From the IMG/VR virus record IMGVR_UViG_3300042472_000628, positions 37,455-101,454 of that record: a stretch of 64,000 nt of DNA; one strand, given 5' to 3'. The notes below the pieces were generated by a model, which was given only the letters and a program-made list of their open reading frames with translations, searched no databases and was not told the DNA's origin. This stretch comes from a virus (taxonomy: Duplodnaviria; Heunggongvirae; Uroviricota; Caudoviricetes). This document shows positions 1-8,724 of this stretch, one piece after another; within the stretch, counting starts at the first letter, position 1, and each line of letters opens with the position of its first letter. A program made the position numbers and the translations under genes.

Positions 1-759
1 TACAAATATGGTTTATCAGGTACTATACCAAAAGAAGGCACTTTAGATAGATTGACTCTAATGGCATACACTGGACCTCTAATCACTGAGATCAGTGCAA
101 ATTACTTGCAAAATGAAGGTCATATTGCAGGTTGTAAAGTAAAAATTATAAAAATGGACTACGCTCCGCAATCTACCAAAGATGCGTTTAGAGAGATGTC
201 ACAAAACAGGTATGAAAGCAAAGATGTTTTTAAATTTGAACAGAATTATGTTATTAATTCACCAGGCCGCCTTAACTTCATTACTAGCATTATTTCCAGA
301 GTTCGCGGTAATAGCTTGGTCTTATTCCATCGTATCGAGCACGGCAAAAAGATATATGATAAATTACGCAGAGAAAGTGATAAAACAGTTTACTATGTTG
401 ATGGAGGAATTGACCAAGATATTCGAGAGGAACACAAAAAGAAAATGGAAGCCGGAGAAGAAGTCGTTATTGTTGCATCGTACGGTACATTTTCAACAGG
501 TATCTCGATTAAGAAGATTCACAACATCTTCTTTACGGAATCTTTTAAATCGGAAGTCATAATTAGACAATCTATTGGTCGTGGTTTAAGACAACATAGT
601 TCAAAAGAGTCTGTTAATATTATTGATTTTGTAGATGATCTTTCATCACCGGATTGGGATAATTATTTAATGAGACATTCCAAAGAGAGACAACGTATCT
701 ATAAAGAACAGAAGTTTAAATTCGATATTAAAAATGTAGATTTTGAAGGAGATATATAA
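1..759 (+). CDS. uvsW: UvsW-like SF2 helicase, C-terminal part (5' end lies outside the window)
   Basis: Frame is open from position 1 (YKYGLSGT..). SF2 motifs V (ASYGTFSTGISI) and VI (RQSIGRGLR). Confidence 0.9.
   Translation, partial: YKYGLSGTIPKEGTLDRLTLMAYTGPLITEISANYLQNEGHIAGCKVKIIKMDYAPQSTKDAFREMSQNRYESKDVFKFEQNYVINSPGRLNFITSIISRVRGNSLVLFHRIEHGKKIYDKLRRESDKTVYYVDGGIDQDIREEHKKKMEAGEEVVIVASYGTFSTGISIKKIHNIFFTESFKSEVIIRQSIGRGLRQHSSKESVNIIDFVDDLSSPDWDNYLMRHSKERQRIYKEQKFKFDIKNVDFEGDI
751..758 (+). promoter_or_regulatory. Putative late promoter GATATATA
   Basis: One of about 15 GATATATA copies sitting just upstream of late/virion genes. Confidence 0.65.
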
Positions 760-795
760 TAAAATAATAACACACAAAATATAAAAAAAGATATT

Positions 796-2559
796 ATGCA
801 AAAATTAAAATCATTTGATCAGTTTTCGACTGAGACAAAAATTTCTCAGACTAGACAACTAGAAGAAGACAAGACTATCAAAAGACAAAATGAAGCTGAA
901 ACATTCAAAACATTACTAGCTGAATTTAATGTAACTTCTATCAAAGAGTTAACACAAGAGCAGAGAGTAACATTTTTTACTAAACTAAGAGGTGCTGAAG
1001 TTAATGAATCAGTTTCGTTAATCGAAGAAGGTACAAGAGGTCAAATCGGTAAAATTGATAAAAAAGGTAATATCACTTCAGTATATATGCAGTATGATTC
1101 ATATCCTGAAAATATTTTACCACATCTTAATAAAGGATTTAAAAACGGTAAAAATGTTGATGAGTTAATTAAAAAAGGTAGCTTTTCAGGTTTAGAAGCT
1201 TCTATCGATAAAATTAGTTTTTATGGAAAACCAGGTCATATGACTGGATCAGCTACCACAGATGCAGATATTAAGAAATACCTTACAAAAACATCAAACG
1301 AAGAATCAGCAGAATATGTTTATTTATGGGATGAAAATGCCAAACAATGGTTGATGGCTGATACTTATGCAAATACTGGTTTAGTTCCAGCATTTGAATC
1401 ACTTTCAGTTTCAGTAAATGAAGCAATTCAAGTACAGTATAAAAGAGATGCTAAAAAAGTACTTACAGTTTACAACAACTTATTCGGTAAAAAATTAACT
1501 GATTTTGGTGCAATGAACATTGACAGTAAATTAGGTTGTATTAAATACTTGTTAGAAGAAGCTATGATAGATGCTAACTTTCATAAAGAAGGACCAGTTG
1601 CATCAGCTGCTATTAAAGGTAACATTGGAACTTTTCAAGTTAAAATGGCAGGATTAGGAAATTATTTTATTAAAATCGGAGCAACGACAGTTAAAAGAAT
1701 TTTAGATCAATACGTGACTGATATTTCAGGAGCATCTGGATGGTCTGGAGTTGGAATAGCTGAAGGTACTGCACTATACTTAGAACAAATTGGACAAGAG
1801 ACTGCAGGTCAGTCTATGTTAAATGCATTTAATGGAATGTTTAATGAATCTTTTATTAATGAAGCTGAAAAGTTTAAATCAACGAAAGACTTTGAAGAAT
1901 TCTGTGAAGAAATCGACAGTATGCCAGAACAAAGGATTAAGAAAATAATGGGTAAAGATTACATTGATACTCCAGGTGGTTATAGAGACGAAGCTGAAGA
2001 TTATGACAATGACATAACTGAATATATGATTTCTAATATGGGTCGTAAAGACTTTGAAGAACTTAAATCATGGTGGGAAAATAATGTAGCTGAATCTTTC
2101 ATCAATGAAGCTGAAATTAATTCAGATGAAGAATTTAATGAATATGCAATGACTGTTTTGAAAAAAGCATTTGGTGCTGAATTCGATGAAGCTAAAGCTA
2201 AAAAAGTTGCAGATGGTATTCTAGCAAAATCAAAGGGTGATTATGGTACTGCCGTTGGTATGTTAACCAGTTCTTTAGGAGAATCAGTTACTAATGAAGC
2301 AATCGATACCAAATATTGGGCAGATTATAATACTGACACTTCAGGACAAGGAAATAAAGAATTTGCAGAAAAATCTAAAGATTTCGAAGATACATTTTCA
2401 TTAGCAGTTTCTGAGTGGAACGCTGAGGCAGACGGTGCTGAAAACAGAATTAAAGGTTCGCAAATTGATAAAGTTAAAAAATTAGCTCAGGAATTCTTCA
2501 AAAAAGAAGGTTACATTTCAGTTAACATTGCACAAGCAATGATAGCACAAGAATCATAA
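796..2559 (+). CDS. Putative head-internal multidomain protein with capsid-targeting N-terminus and repeated (V/I)NE-A/S cleavage-like junctions
   Basis: N-terminus MQKLKSFDQFSTE resembles the T4 CTS MKTYQEFIAE. Internal VNES, VNEA, SFINEAE (x2) and VTNEA separate 60-140 aa modules. Late promoter upstream. Confidence 0.6.
   Translation: MQKLKSFDQFSTETKISQTRQLEEDKTIKRQNEAETFKTLLAEFNVTSIKELTQEQRVTFFTKLRGAEVNESVSLIEEGTRGQIGKIDKKGNITSVYMQYDSYPENILPHLNKGFKNGKNVDELIKKGSFSGLEASIDKISFYGKPGHMTGSATTDADIKKYLTKTSNEESAEYVYLWDENAKQWLMADTYANTGLVPAFESLSVSVNEAIQVQYKRDAKKVLTVYNNLFGKKLTDFGAMNIDSKLGCIKYLLEEAMIDANFHKEGPVASAAIKGNIGTFQVKMAGLGNYFIKIGATTVKRILDQYVTDISGASGWSGVGIAEGTALYLEQIGQETAGQSMLNAFNGMFNESFINEAEKFKSTKDFEEFCEEIDSMPEQRIKKIMGKDYIDTPGGYRDEAEDYDNDITEYMISNMGRKDFEELKSWWENNVAESFINEAEINSDEEFNEYAMTVLKKAFGAEFDEAKAKKVADGILAKSKGDYGTAVGMLTSSLGESVTNEAIDTKYWADYNTDTSGQGNKEFAEKSKDFEDTFSLAVSEWNAEADGAENRIKGSQIDKVKKLAQEFFKKEGYISVNIAQAMIAQES
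1846..2116 (+). repeat. 25-nt direct repeat GAATCTTT(T/C)AT(T/C)AATGAAGCTGAAA at module junctions (1846-1870 and 2092-2116)
   Basis: Read directly; two mismatches; both copies encode ESFINEAE. Confidence 0.8.
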
Positions 2560-2583
2560 CAATTTAAACAAGATACATATCTT

Positions 2584-3873
2584 ATGAAGATTTATAATAC
2601 ATTTGAACATTTTTTAACAGAGAGTTTGCACGACAATCATGACTATACACCAATCTTAGAAGGTGGTGCAGCAGGTCATATGTCACACCCATTTGATAAT
2701 AATGAATTGACGTTTGGTGATTTCAAAGAAATGATTCAAGCCGGTCTTAGTGGATCTCTTAATTTCGAAGAAGAACCTACTGAAAAAACAGACGGTCAAA
2801 ATGTATTTGCAACCATTCAAAATGGTGAAGTAAAATTCGCAAGAAATAAAGGTGATATGAAAACGCCTATGTCTTTGTCTGATTTTAAGACAAAGTTCGA
2901 AGGACATCCTAGTAAATTAGTACAAGACACTTTTCAATTTGCAGCAGATGATTTAGCATCATCTCTTATTAAACTACCAACCAAAACTCAAGAAGAAATA
3001 TTTGCAAATGGATTAAACTTCATGAATATGGAATTAATTTATTCTCTTAATCCTAATGTTATTCATTATGATGTTGATGTTATTCAATTCCATGGTGTAA
3101 AAATAACAGACGGTGAAGGTAATATTACAGGAGAAGATAATTCAGCGGCAAAGAAAATTGCTGGTTTATTAAAAGATGTTGATGCTCATATTCAAAAGAC
3201 ATTCTCTATAATTCCACCACAAGTTATTAAGATAGCTAAAGATATTAACTTTGATGAAAATAAATCAAAGTTCATAGCTAAAGTTGATGCTCTTAGAGAC
3301 ACATTTGGTTTAACAGATGCAGATGCAGTTGCAAGATACCATGAAATGTGGTGGAGAGATCAAATTAATTCAATTTTCCCAGATGCACCACAAGATATTA
3401 AAGAAGGTTTACTATTAAGATGGGCATATGATGATAAGAAAACTCTTAACATCAGAGATCTTGAAAAAATGGGTTTATCAAAAACACAAGCAGATGCTGT
3501 AAAGAAATTTGACAAAGAAGATGTTAAAAAGAAATATAAAGAAAACATTAGACCATTCGAAGATTTATTCTTGGAACTTGGATCTATTATTTTAAAGAAC
3601 GCAAGTAACTTTGTTGCTGCAAACCCTACAGCAGAGATGCAAAGATTACACAACGAACTTAGATCAGAATCGGATAAAATTAAAGCAAACGGAGACCTTT
3701 CTCAAATTGCAAAAGTTGAAGCAGAACTAGCAAGACTAGACAGGATTGGCGGTATTGAATCAATCATACCAACAGAAGGTTTAGTATTTGTTTATAAAGG
3801 TCATACTTATAAATTAACAGGAACATTTGCTGCAGTAAATCAGCTTATGGGATTTATTAAATACGGTAGATAA
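2584..3873 (+). CDS. ATP-dependent ligase-like nucleotidyltransferase (Rnl-like fold) with CTS-like N-terminus
   Basis: Motif I TEKTDG, IIIa IQFHG, IV TEGLVF, V YKLTG. N-terminus MKIYNTFEHFLTE; EGGAAGHMSHPFD motif. Confidence 0.65.
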   Translation: MKIYNTFEHFLTESLHDNHDYTPILEGGAAGHMSHPFDNNELTFGDFKEMIQAGLSGSLNFEEEPTEKTDGQNVFATIQNGEVKFARNKGDMKTPMSLSDFKTKFEGHPSKLVQDTFQFAADDLASSLIKLPTKTQEEIFANGLNFMNMELIYSLNPNVIHYDVDVIQFHGVKITDGEGNITGEDNSAAKKIAGLLKDVDAHIQKTFSIIPPQVIKIAKDINFDENKSKFIAKVDALRDTFGLTDADAVARYHEMWWRDQINSIFPDAPQDIKEGLLLRWAYDDKKTLNIRDLEKMGLSKTQADAVKKFDKEDVKKKYKENIRPFEDLFLELGSIILKNASNFVAANPTAEMQRLHNELRSESDKIKANGDLSQIAKVEAELARLDRIGGIESIIPTEGLVFVYKGHTYKLTGTFAAVNQLMGFIKYGR

Positions 3874-5720
3874 TGGCATTACAAAACTTAAGAACATACT
3901 TTGAATCCTCTAACATTAATGACTTCTTGTCAATGATAGAGTTACCATGCGTTGTATCAGAAAAAATACAAGCATCTTCATTTCACGTTAGAAAAACCAA
4001 TACAGGATTTGAATATTTTAAAAGTGGTTCTAAATCAGCAATGGACAGAATAGACAGAACCATGGTTAAATACTATGAAAATGGTATTAATTATTTTAAA
4101 ACTATTTTACCAGAAGTTACTGAAGAAATGCCAGTAGATTGGAAATTTGGATTTGATTACATGATCGACAACAAGACTGTAGATATTGAGTATGATATTT
4201 TACCAAAAAATCACTTAATTTTAACACACATTCAAATATTAAATCCTACTGATCCAACTCAAATTAAAAAAGTAATTAGAGATCCACAGGTACTAAACAA
4301 ATGGGCTGATAAATTAGGAGTTAACAGAGCGCCAGTTATTTTTGAAGGTAAATTACAATCAAATCAAAAAGATGATCTAGTTAGACTTTTAGAAATATCA
4401 GATGCTGATTTCGCAATTAAATTTAAAGATCACTCTTTCACAAGAACAATATACAATATATTCAATAATGGACTTACAAATCCAGCATTGAACTATTCAT
4501 TAGATAATGAAATCGATGGACTTATCATTAACTTTTATGAAGGTAAAACAATTAAAAGTTTTAAATTAGAGAGATTTGATCGTAAACCACAAGAAGACAG
4601 ATCACCGTCTGATATGTACCAAATTTCAATTTTAGATTTGGTAGAGTACATTACTAACTACGATCTTGACAGTATTCAATTAACCGAAGAGTCAGCTGAC
4701 TTAAGATATATTGAATTAATCTCAGAACTATATAACGGTTACGTTTGGACAAATGCATCTAAATACATTGGTGCTAATTTTGATTCAGCAGATTTTTCAG
4801 ATAATCCTGGATTTGAACTTAATACAGATTTTATTAAAAACGAAAAAACTTTAGCACATGTGCAAAATAAGGTTTTAGCAGAATTATATAAAATTGCATT
4901 AGGAAGCTTTAGAAAGAGAAGAAATAAAGAGACAGATATTATTAACAAAGATTTGATGATTCAGATCAATGACATCGTAGACCATATAGAAACTTTAGTT
5001 ATGGCTAAAACAAATGAAAACGACGTTATGACATTCAAGTCATATCTTATTAATCAAAAACTTCAATATACAGATAGTCCAGTTTTAGAAGGACTTTCAG
5101 TTAAATATCCAGATCAAGGCAAAATGCCAGTAAATATGTTTGTTGGTAGATTCCAACCATTTACACTAGGTCATGTTAAAGTTATTGAAACTATTTATAA
5201 ACAAAATGGATTTCCAGTAGTTATATTTTTAGTTAAATCAAAAACTAAGAAAAAAGAGGATGCATTCTCAAGACCATATGACGAAGACACTCAACTTAAG
5301 ATGTTAGAAAAACTTAAAGGAAAATATCCTATTCAAGAAGTTTTTATAATTGATAGAGGTGCGATCGATTTAATGTTCAATACAATGAGACCTAAATACG
5401 AACCAGTATTATGGGGAACAGGATCAGACAGATTACAAACATATTCATATCAAGTTGATAAACCAGAATATAGAGAAGATTTAGGTTGTAGACCAGATTT
5501 CGGTTTGTTTGAAATACCAAGAACTGGCAAAAACATATCAGCAACTCAAGTTAGAGAAGCTATGTTGGCTGATGACGAGAAGACTTTTAAGAAGCTAACT
5601 CCAGCACCGATACATGATATGTACAATGAATTAAAGACAAAACTAGAAGCATCTATGGGTGTTACAGCAGAGTCTAACGAGACTACATTAACATTTGATC
5701 AGTTTATTAAGAATATATAA
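3873..5720 (+). CDS. Fusion: degenerate ligase-like N-terminal domain plus C-terminal cytidyltransferase/NMNAT-like (T/HxGH) nucleotidyltransferase
   Basis: N-terminal SEKIQAS (KxDG degenerated), IDGLII, SFKLE. C-terminal GRFQPFTLGH, GSDR, ISATQVR. TAATG stop/start overlap with the upstream gene. Confidence 0.7.
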   Translation: MALQNLRTYFESSNINDFLSMIELPCVVSEKIQASSFHVRKTNTGFEYFKSGSKSAMDRIDRTMVKYYENGINYFKTILPEVTEEMPVDWKFGFDYMIDNKTVDIEYDILPKNHLILTHIQILNPTDPTQIKKVIRDPQVLNKWADKLGVNRAPVIFEGKLQSNQKDDLVRLLEISDADFAIKFKDHSFTRTIYNIFNNGLTNPALNYSLDNEIDGLIINFYEGKTIKSFKLERFDRKPQEDRSPSDMYQISILDLVEYITNYDLDSIQLTEESADLRYIELISELYNGYVWTNASKYIGANFDSADFSDNPGFELNTDFIKNEKTLAHVQNKVLAELYKIALGSFRKRRNKETDIINKDLMIQINDIVDHIETLVMAKTNENDVMTFKSYLINQKLQYTDSPVLEGLSVKYPDQGKMPVNMFVGRFQPFTLGHVKVIETIYKQNGFPVVIFLVKSKTKKKEDAFSRPYDEDTQLKMLEKLKGKYPIQEVFIIDRGAIDLMFNTMRPKYEPVLWGTGSDRLQTYSYQVDKPEYREDLGCRPDFGLFEIPRTGKNISATQVREAMLADDEKTFKKLTPAPIHDMYNELKTKLEASMGVTAESNETTLTFDQFIKNI

Positions 5721-5728
5721 TATAAAAC

Positions 5729-7294
5729 ATGGAAACAGAAATGTCATTTAACGAATTCATTAACGAAAGAAATATTACTATTAAAAGGCAATATACTCAA
5801 AATCATCCAGCGAAAACCGTAGGTAAAGCTGCTAAGATTAGAAATAAAGTATTAGAAGCTATTAAAGACGGTAAACTTACTAAAGAAGAATTTGATACAA
5901 TTTTAAGAGAAATGACAACTGATTCTACAAGATGGATGAGAAGAAATTCAGGATATATCACAATGAATGAGGAAGGTATTTCACTTTCTAAAATGGGTAA
6001 AAGAATCTTAAGTCAAATTTTGGTTAACGATGAGATCAATGAGAAAGCTACTCCATTTAAAATTGCAAATGCAAAAGCAGAAGAAATATTTGGAGAATTT
6101 GGCATTGCTACATTAAGCTATGATCAAATTGAAAGAATCATCGATATTAAAAAAGCTGATGCGCTGGCAAAAAAATATGGTGAAAGTAGTTTTATGTCAT
6201 TATCAGAATTAGATATGGAAGAACTTCTTAATAAGAATAAAAACTTAATAAAAGAAAATAAAACAAATAATATGAAAACAAATTTTATTCATGAGTCATT
6301 CAAAGGATTCGTTAATGCTTTAAATGAATCAGATATTAATGAAGCATTTGCATCGATGCAGTTGGCAAATTTATTCACTAGAGATGGTGGTAAACTTGAT
6401 CAAGCTTTAGCTAAAGGATTCTATAACGCTACTAAAATCAAATTAGATTTAGTACAAGATGAAGATCTATTAACAATGGATGCTAATTCAGCTTACAAAA
6501 ACAAACAATCAGACACTATTATATTTTATATCTCTGACACACCTAAAGAAAATCCTTATGCACCTTCAGATGCATATAGTTCTGCAAAGAATATTCCAGG
6601 CGAAGGTTATTTATTAGCTGTAGCTTCAGGTGATAATAAATTCTATGATAACGCATGGTCTAAATATGCTAAAGATAGAAGTCTTAAGCAGGTAGATAAT
6701 AATCCAACAGACTCAATCGGTATTGGTAAAAGATATTCTGGATGGGATGCTACTGGATTATATAATGTAAAAAGAATTTCAGAAGTTGCTGACAGAGCAG
6801 TTGTAATTAACGTTGCATTACTTAAACAAAAGTATTCATCAGAAAACCAAAGAAGAGAAAGATCTGCGGCTAGATCAGGTGCAACAGCATTTAAATCTGA
6901 TAAAGATTTTAAAACTGAGAATATGAATAGATACCACCAAATCTTAGCTCAAAAAGCAGCATCAATGCCATTAGATACACTTGTAGCTGAAGCTATTGAT
7001 ACTTTAAGCAACCAAATCAAAGATGCTTTATTGAAAGGCGAAAAAGGAAAATACGGAGATATTATCATCGGTACTAGTTCAAAAGGAAGAGAATGTAAAA
7101 TGTCAGATGCAGCATACCATATGAAAAATATCTTAGATGAATATCAAAGATATGTTGGTTATGTTAAACAAGAAGAAGATAGTATTGCTAGATATGGTCA
7201 AGCAGAATCATGGTATAAAAAAGAAATGCAAAACTACGCAAAAAGTGTTAAAGACAAAGTTGATCAAATTGGATCAATGTCTTATGCATGGTAA
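5729..7294 (+). CDS. Putative head-internal protein (CTS-like N-terminus, internal NE-K/A/S sites)
   Basis: METEMSFNEFINER; internal EINEKA and LNESDINEAF; possible in-frame internal start at 6272. Confidence 0.55.
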   Translation: METEMSFNEFINERNITIKRQYTQNHPAKTVGKAAKIRNKVLEAIKDGKLTKEEFDTILREMTTDSTRWMRRNSGYITMNEEGISLSKMGKRILSQILVNDEINEKATPFKIANAKAEEIFGEFGIATLSYDQIERIIDIKKADALAKKYGESSFMSLSELDMEELLNKNKNLIKENKTNNMKTNFIHESFKGFVNALNESDINEAFASMQLANLFTRDGGKLDQALAKGFYNATKIKLDLVQDEDLLTMDANSAYKNKQSDTIIFYISDTPKENPYAPSDAYSSAKNIPGEGYLLAVASGDNKFYDNAWSKYAKDRSLKQVDNNPTDSIGIGKRYSGWDATGLYNVKRISEVADRAVVINVALLKQKYSSENQRRERSAARSGATAFKSDKDFKTENMNRYHQILAQKAASMPLDTLVAEAIDTLSNQIKDALLKGEKGKYGDIIIGTSSKGRECKMSDAAYHMKNILDEYQRYVGYVKQEEDSIARYGQAESWYKKEMQNYAKSVKDKVDQIGSMSYAW

Positions 7295-7309
7295 TAAAAA
7301 GATATAAAG

Positions 7310-7948
7310 ATGCCAAGTAAATCAGTTGCACAACAACACTTAATGGGAATGGCTTACGCTTATAAAAAAGGTGAGTTAAAGTCAGATGAAGTAAGCGGAG
7401 AAGTTAAAGACTTGGCTGATTCAATGACTATGCAACAACTTAAAGATTTTGCAAGTACAAAACATAAAGGTTTACCCCAATATGTTGAAGAGAATATAAC
7501 AACTGCTGCAATGGCAGGTATGGGACCAGTAGTTTTACCAATGAATGGTGTTAATGGTTCTGGTGATGTACCAGCAGGAAAAGGCGATGCTAAGAAAGCA
7601 TATAAGAAAAAGAAAAAGAAAACAGTGGTACATTTAACATTTGAAAATTTTGTAAACGAAGCATATGAGAACGACGACATCAATATGATGTATGGTTATT
7701 TTGGAAGCATGGAACAAGAATACGATGAAGCTAAAGCACATAAAGAGTTTGATCAAGCAGTAAAAGATTTAATTAAAGAATTTAAGTTTAAAGAACAAGA
7801 CGCACTGAACTTATTAAATTCAAAGGTAGGAAGGCAAGCAGCAGATGCTATCATTGCCAGAGAATGTGAAGAAGGTGCAGTTAACGGAGTTTATTGGTAT
7901 TTAGGTAAAGATAAAAATAAAGTTTTATCATACACTAAGAAATTGTAA
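7310..7948 (+). CDS. DUF3008-like N-terminal domain protein with internal CTS-like motif
   Basis: MPSKSVAQQHLMGMAYAYKKGE...MTMQQLKDFASTKHKGLP resembles DUF3008; internal HLTFENFVNEAY. Confidence 0.6.
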   Translation: MPSKSVAQQHLMGMAYAYKKGELKSDEVSGEVKDLADSMTMQQLKDFASTKHKGLPQYVEENITTAAMAGMGPVVLPMNGVNGSGDVPAGKGDAKKAYKKKKKKTVVHLTFENFVNEAYENDDINMMYGYFGSMEQEYDEAKAHKEFDQAVKDLIKEFKFKEQDALNLLNSKVGRQAADAIIARECEEGAVNGVYWYLGKDKNKVLSYTKKL

Positions 7949-7968
7949 TAATTAATATAGATATTTTT

Positions 7969-7998
7969 AAAGCCCAAGCGTAAGTTTGGGCTTTTTTT
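7969..7998 (+). terminator. Rho-independent terminator
   Basis: AAAGCCCAA-loop-TTGGGCTTT followed by a T tract; ends the late block. Confidence 0.85.
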
Positions 7999-8002
7999 AT
8001 GA

Positions 8003-8071
8003 ATTGTTCGTAACTTTTATGAAAATAAATGCAAAAAAGTTTTGGGTTGTCAAATATTAGTAGTATATTAG
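8003..8071 (+). promoter_or_regulatory. Putative early promoter: ATTGTTcgtAACTTTT ... TGTCAA-N10-TATATTAG
   Basis: Same tripartite motif at 10519, 11987 and 63012; the -7 part resembles the Bacteroidota TAnnTTTG element. Confidence 0.7.
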
Positions 8072-8096
8072 CCTTATAATTAAAACACTAACAGAT

Positions 8097-8363
8097 ATGA
8101 CAGTTACAACTTATACAAACTTTGACAGACATGAAAACATGGATTCTGAAACTAGAACAGAAATCATGTCAATCATTAGAGAACTTATGGACTTTGATAA
8201 TACTCGTCGCTTAGAAAATTTTATGTATGGTTTATTTGATGGGTATTTATATGCAGATCTTCAAATTGAAGCTTTACAGTTACCTACAGAAATTGCCTCA
8301 AGAATTATGAGAGTATTCGATATCTGTAACCGTTACCCAAAATTACAAACTCAAAACAATTAA
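8097..8363 (+). CDS. Hypothetical early protein (88 aa)
   Basis: ORF directly after the early-type promoter, with an A-rich leader. Confidence 0.7.
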   Translation: MTVTTYTNFDRHENMDSETRTEIMSIIRELMDFDNTRRLENFMYGLFDGYLYADLQIEALQLPTEIASRIMRVFDICNRYPKLQTQNN

Positions 8364-8366
8364 TAT

Positions 8367-8660
8367 ATGAACACTTTAGAACAAATTGAAAAAGTAAAAG
8401 AATTAGTGTCAAACTATTTTGACAAAAATGCAGAATGGTGTGGAGTAGCATCTCTATCAGAATCTGAAGCACAACATGTGATCCAAATCGGTGCATCAAT
8501 TTTATGTACTAAATGGGAAGTTGGTTATGCTGGTGGAGGTTTTGTACAATCATTCGTTAAAAATGATTTAATGGGTGCTTTAGGTAGTGCAGACTCAACA
8601 AGTCTTAAAGGATTTAAATTCTTTGCAGCCTTAATGTATAATATTGGAAAACCTTTCTAA
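8367..8660 (+). CDS. Hypothetical early protein (97 aa)
   Basis: ORF tightly packed behind the previous gene; GGFVQSFVKNDLMGALGSAD motif. Confidence 0.7.
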   Translation: MNTLEQIEKVKELVSNYFDKNAEWCGVASLSESEAQHVIQIGASILCTKWEVGYAGGGFVQSFVKNDLMGALGSADSTSLKGFKFFAALMYNIGKPF

Positions 8661-8667
8661 TATTTTT

Positions 8668-8695
8668 GAAACAATAAAAAACTTAGTAGTATAAT
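8668..8695 (+). promoter_or_regulatory. Putative middle promoter GAAAC-N17-TATAAT
   Basis: Motif recurs with fixed spacing upstream of replication-type genes. Confidence 0.7.
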
Positions 8696-8724
8696 TATCA
8701 AATTAGCAATTTAACATAGACGTT

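Noticed and set aside
3873-5720. Calling this a known NAD-reconstitution (NARP) pathway
   Set aside because: No PRPP-synthetase-like Adps or Nampt/Namat gene is visible in the window; the substrate of the nucleotidyltransferase is unknown.
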